This document shows, piece by piece, positions 39,184 to 42,614 of a stretch of DNA of 42,614 bases; the first letter of the stretch is position 1; every line of letters begins with the position of its first letter. This DNA comes from a virus (Duplodnaviria > Caudoviricetes). The stretch is from positions 1-42,614 of the IMG/VR virus record IMGVR_UViG_3300035180_001879. The stretch is one strand, 5' to 3'. A model generated the notes under the pieces. The model ran no database searches. It was given only the letters and a program-made list of their open reading frames with translations, and had not been told where the DNA came from. Made by a program: the position numbers and the translations under genes.

Positions 39184-39414
39184 TTAACTATTTCCGTTAA
39201 TCTGTTGCACAGACCCGATTGACACCCCGTTTATGGTCTGCACACTCTGCATTGCTACCTGGTTTACCGTCGCCACGGTTGCGGGTCCACCAGGCGGGAC
39301 GTACTCCCAATACCCACTTGCAATATCTTGCGTAGCACCCCCATAGGTGCGCTTATAAAGGGTCGAGCTAGTAAGCCGTCCAGAAGGGCATCGGCGAAAA
39401 ACGTTGGTAGCCAT
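39184..39414 (-). CDS. Small hypothetical protein with 11-aa C-terminal repeats (76 aa)
   Basis: TAATG coupling to the upstream gene; VATVNQVAMQS/VQTINGVSIGS/VQQING repeats. Confidence 0.65.
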   Translation of the reverse strand: MATNVFRRCPSGRLTSSTLYKRTYGGATQDIASGYWEYVPPGGPATVATVNQVAMQSVQTINGVSIGSVQQINGNS

Positions 39415-40232
39415 TACGCGCTCGCAATCTCTAGTGTCAACTCAGGAAGACCCGTTGACGTGCTATCAGCATTAACCATCAAGTACAGCGCGGAATCAGT
39501 ATAGACAATCGGCATCCCAGTTTTCAGCAGGTCGTGAACGTCTCCCCAGTTTGCAGTTACGATTCTGCCTTGCGTCCATAGTGGTCGGAGAATCAGGATG
39601 TTAAATGCTCCAGCGGTCATTGCCGTTCCGCCGTTGGTCACGATGACGCTTTCAAGTTTCTGAATCCCCGTGTCGCCTGACTGGAGCGCGATGGGAAGCA
39701 GTCTTCCCAGCGTTAGAGACGCGGCGGCGAGCGCGGCGGTGATAACTGATGTCCGACCAGTAACGCCAGCAGAGTTGGTGTATGTCAATTGCACTTGCCA
39801 TGCTGTTCCTGTCGCAAATGCCGTGCTGACCTCTAGCCAAAACTCGAAACCCTGTCCAGTCCCTTCTGGGGAGCGCCCCAAGATGCTCGGCTGGCTGGAT
39901 AGCGTGGTTGTACCACCAGCATAACTGTACGCTCCAGCCTTATATACCATGTCAAATATGGCCAGCCGCGAAGCGACAGTATTGGCAAACTCGACCTTGC
40001 TCAGATACCCCGTTCCCGATGAAAAAAGAATATTGGGACATCCAGCCGTCGCGTCAGTCGGGACCACTCCTGCCGAGGTGCTAGTACCAGCAAGAACGCC
40101 AGCGCCAGGGTCTCCCGCAATGTCAAACACCGAGAAGGGGGTGGCTGCTAATGAAGTTCTGGTCGCCGTTTTTAGGATGCGCACCCGCTGCTTACTAGCT
40201 GCGATATACTGGTCTAAACTGCTTATTGCCAT
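39414..40232 (-). CDS. Putative virion structural protein, jelly-roll-like (272 aa)
   Basis: GGAGG RBS; LTYTNSAGVTGRT...LQSGDTGIQ...ILRPL pattern of phage fibre-associated proteins. Confidence 0.7.
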   Translation of the reverse strand: MAISSLDQYIAASKQRVRILKTATRTSLAATPFSVFDIAGDPGAGVLAGTSTSAGVVPTDATAGCPNILFSSGTGYLSKVEFANTVASRLAIFDMVYKAGAYSYAGGTTTLSSQPSILGRSPEGTGQGFEFWLEVSTAFATGTAWQVQLTYTNSAGVTGRTSVITAALAAASLTLGRLLPIALQSGDTGIQKLESVIVTNGGTAMTAGAFNILILRPLWTQGRIVTANWGDVHDLLKTGMPIVYTDSALYLMVNADSTSTGLPELTLEIASA

Positions 40233-40241
40233 TTGTACCTC

Positions 40242-42614
40242 CTATACGTGGGTAATGTAATCTGGGCTTGGGCAGAAGTAGATAACAGTCGCAGTCAGCG
40301 CGTACCCAATTACTCGAATTGCCGCCCCAGACGTTGTTGGTTGCGTCGCAGTGATTTGCCCTGCAGTCTCACTCATGTACAAGACTGCCCCAGGCGTCCA
40401 TGACCAAGCATCGTTTCTGACGACAGAATTAGGAAGGGCAACACTCATTGCCTGCCCGCTAGTCTTACTCTCCAGGGCTATAGCGACCATTCCAGCATAG
40501 GTGCTAATATTGTTAGCGTCGGTCTGTACCCATTGCCCAGAGGAGTTGAGAATCACGAGGTCCATAATAGTGATAGACGCCCCAGCCTGCAAGGCGTTCA
40601 TTGTTGGTCCTATCGCGGTGAGGTTGCTACCTGGCAGAGCAGATATATTGGCGGTTCCTGACGTACCACTTGTTCCTGAAGACCCATTACTACCTGATGT
40701 TCCTGAAGTTCCTGAAGACCCATTACTACCTGATGTCCCTGATGTGCCAGAACTACCAGAAGTTCCTGATGTACCGCTCGTACCCGCATTTGTCCAAGAC
40801 AATATACCAGAGCCATTATTAGTTAAAACGGTATTTGTCCCGCCTTGTGCAGTTGGTAATGTATACGTAATATCAGCAGATTGGTCTCCGCCTTGGAAAA
40901 TGGTATGATAGGTTGGAGATGTTCCACCCTCAAGAATACCAAATGTACCCTCTACAGTGAGTTTTTGTCCAGGAGTAGTTGTCCCGATACCAACTCTGTG
41001 ATTAGCACTATCCACAAAAAGAGAATTGGTATCTACGGTAAGATTGGTAGAAGTTAATCCCAAAGCTGCTAAAGATCCAAATCCTGTGCTTCCATCTGTT
41101 ACTTTCAAAGTTTGTGTCGCACTTCGTAAAAGTCCTACATCGTCTGTTCCAGCAACTGCACTTTCAAAACCTAACTGCTTTGTATTTGCTATTGAAATGT
41201 AATTAGCAGGTGAAAGAGTCCCAATACCCATACGGTGAGTATTGGGATCTATGACAAACATTTGTTGGTCAATTGCGTCTCCAAACACAAACTGTCCGCT
41301 ATTATAAATATAATTGCCAACAAATTTAGGCAATCCTGCGCTAGCATTTGCGTAAACTAGTGTCCAGGCACTGTCGTCGTTAGCAACAATAGCTCCAACT
41401 GTAGGAGCCCCCGCCCAATTTCCGCCTGACTGTCCTAGAACTTGGAATCCAGCTTGTGGAGTGGCTGTCCCAACTCCCAAAGAATTGCTTATAATTAAAC
41501 TATTAGATGGGGCAGCAATGGAACCCGCATAACTTCCTATTGCCACTCCACCCGCTACGTCTAATTTGGACTTAGGCTGACTTGTCCCTAGTCCCAAAGC
41601 AAAGGTAGAAGTAAAGACATCTTGAACAGCGCCGCTATTATTTTTTATTTGTATTAAATCGCTTGTACTCTGCCCAGTTCCGGCTTGCACAATTAAATTG
41701 GTAGCATAAGTGCGATTGTATATTTGAGCCGTTCCTCCAACATCTAATGCAACGCCAGATGTAATAGAAGTGGTTGCTATCCCAACTGGAACTGCCGATA
41801 TTATATTTTGGGGACTCAATTGTACAGCCATGGAGGTTGGAATAGCCGGAGGAGACCCAGAAGCGCCTGGAGGATACCGAAGAACTTCCCCAGAATATGA
41901 AAAATCAAGATAGTTTCCACTAGATACTGGACCAGAGATACAATATAACCGATACCCAACCGCACCATAAACCCAAGTAAAATATGGTATGATTCCATAA
42001 CCATCTGGGATGTTCAGTGCAACAGGAGAAGAAACTATTCCTACGTTCCCTGCTGCATCTCTAGCAGCCACAACAAAAGTGTAGTTACCTGCGGAATATA
42101 TACCTGAAGGATTGAGAGCTATGCTGAAGTTACTTGGGGCACTTAACGGAACACTATAAGATAAAGCAATAAGTTTTCCGTCCTTATCTAGTGTCATTAA
42201 CGATGATCCGTTATTCAACCATTGACTATGAATGACACCAGAAGTGACAAGGGCATTTTTTGTATCATAAACGTAAGCCGTTGCCGTCGCGCTGTCTGCA
42301 ACGTCAGGCGTAAGGGACATTTTGCTAGTAGAGCCACCTAAGACGGACAGAGCAGAAAGACCAGCACTAAATATAGGAGCACCGTTAATAACAGTCTGAG
42401 GAATGGTTTGGTCTAAAGCTAGAGCATTTAAGGCTCCATCAGCACCTGAAGTACCCGATGTTCCTGACGTTCCAGAAGTCCCTGGCAAACCATCGATTCC
42501 AGAACTACCAGATGAACCTGAAGTTCCTGATGAACCATCGATTCCAGAACTACCAGAGGTTCCTGATGTACCAGAGGTTCCTGATGTACCAGAAGTTCCA
42601 GAAGAACCTGACGA
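40242..42614 (-). CDS. Tail/head fibre protein with Gly-Thr-Ser collagen-like tracts; 5' end outside the window (>=790 aa)
   Basis: Frame stays open from the track's TTG (42488) to base 42614; repeated (V/L/M)G(I/L/V)GT..P fibre motifs; two Gly-X-Y tracts. Confidence 0.88.
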   Translation of the reverse strand, partial: SSGSSGTSGTSGTSGTSGTSGSSGIDGSSGTSGSSGSSGIDGLPGTSGTSGTSGTSGADGALNALALDQTIPQTVINGAPIFSAGLSALSVLGGSTSKMSLTPDVADSATATAYVYDTKNALVTSGVIHSQWLNNGSSLMTLDKDGKLIALSYSVPLSAPSNFSIALNPSGIYSAGNYTFVVAARDAAGNVGIVSSPVALNIPDGYGIIPYFTWVYGAVGYRLYCISGPVSSGNYLDFSYSGEVLRYPPGASGSPPAIPTSMAVQLSPQNIISAVPVGIATTSITSGVALDVGGTAQIYNRTYATNLIVQAGTGQSTSDLIQIKNNSGAVQDVFTSTFALGLGTSQPKSKLDVAGGVAIGSYAGSIAAPSNSLIISNSLGVGTATPQAGFQVLGQSGGNWAGAPTVGAIVANDDSAWTLVYANASAGLPKFVGNYIYNSGQFVFGDAIDQQMFVIDPNTHRMGIGTLSPANYISIANTKQLGFESAVAGTDDVGLLRSATQTLKVTDGSTGFGSLAALGLTSTNLTVDTNSLFVDSANHRVGIGTTTPGQKLTVEGTFGILEGGTSPTYHTIFQGGDQSADITYTLPTAQGGTNTVLTNNGSGILSWTNAGTSGTSGTSGSSGTSGTSGSNGSSGTSGTSGSNGSSGTSGTSGTANISALPGSNLTAIGPTMNALQAGASITIMDLVILNSSGQWVQTDANNISTYAGMVAIALESKTSGQAMSVALPNSVVRNDAWSWTPGAVLYMSETAGQITATQPTTSGAAIRVIGYALTATVIYFCPSPDYITHV
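40653..40784 (-). repeat. Coding 9-bp-period repeat: 14 Gly-(Thr/Ser)-(Ser/Asn) triplets
   Basis: GTSGTSGTSGSSGTSGTSGSNGSSGTSGTSGSNGSSGTSGTSGT. Confidence 0.95.
42429..42614 (-). repeat. Coding 9-bp-period repeat: >=20 Gly-X-Y triplets, continuing past the window edge
   Basis: Uninterrupted GSS/GTS/GID/GLP/GAD/GAL triplets read directly from the sequence. Confidence 0.95.

Noticed and set aside
38711-39309. Diversity-generating retroelement template/variable repeat pair
   Set aside because: Mismatches are not confined to adenines of one copy (many C/T and other changes), identity is only ~64%, and no reverse transcriptase is in the window.
62-40908. Plus-strand and nested short ORFs in the track (e.g. 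20662..21387, 7690..8151, 40501..40908)
   Set aside because: Antisense or alternative-frame shadows of long, well-supported minus-strand genes, with no recognisable motifs.

Overview
This window is an almost fully minus-strand late (morphogenesis) region of a large contractile-tailed phage; no capsid, terminase, replication, rRNA/tRNA, CRISPR or IS features are visible. In transcription order (right to left) it holds: a 5'-truncated fibre gene with collagen-like Gly-(Thr/Ser)-Ser tracts and three small genes; a three-gene glycosylation operon (a triple-domain Aah/TibC-like protein O-heptosyltransferase + GT25-like + GT4 fusion, an NAD-dependent sugar epimerase and a GT2); an enlarged tail sheath; two gp19-like tube genes; a gp26/gp51-like chaperone pair; a tape measure with a lysozyme-like domain; a tube initiator, gp53/LysM, hub, gp5 spike, gp25, gp6-like and gp7-like genes; and several large fibre/receptor-binding genes. 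The last of these (>=1060 aa, 1..3180) is missing from the ORF track. The best candidate for an undescribed system is phage-encoded O-glycosylation of the virion: the glycosyltransferase operon lies beside a Ser/Thr-saturated Gly-X-Y fibre and shares a 12-bp upstream motif (TTTCGCTATTAT) with a tail chaperone gene. Other signals: GC-rich RCC1 and Asp-box propeller cassettes inserted in frame into AT-rich fibre genes, a decayed duplicate gene fragment, a possible structured leader RNA, a possible +1 frameshift in the chaperone pair, and GATC depletion. All family calls come from motif recognition by eye, not database searches.
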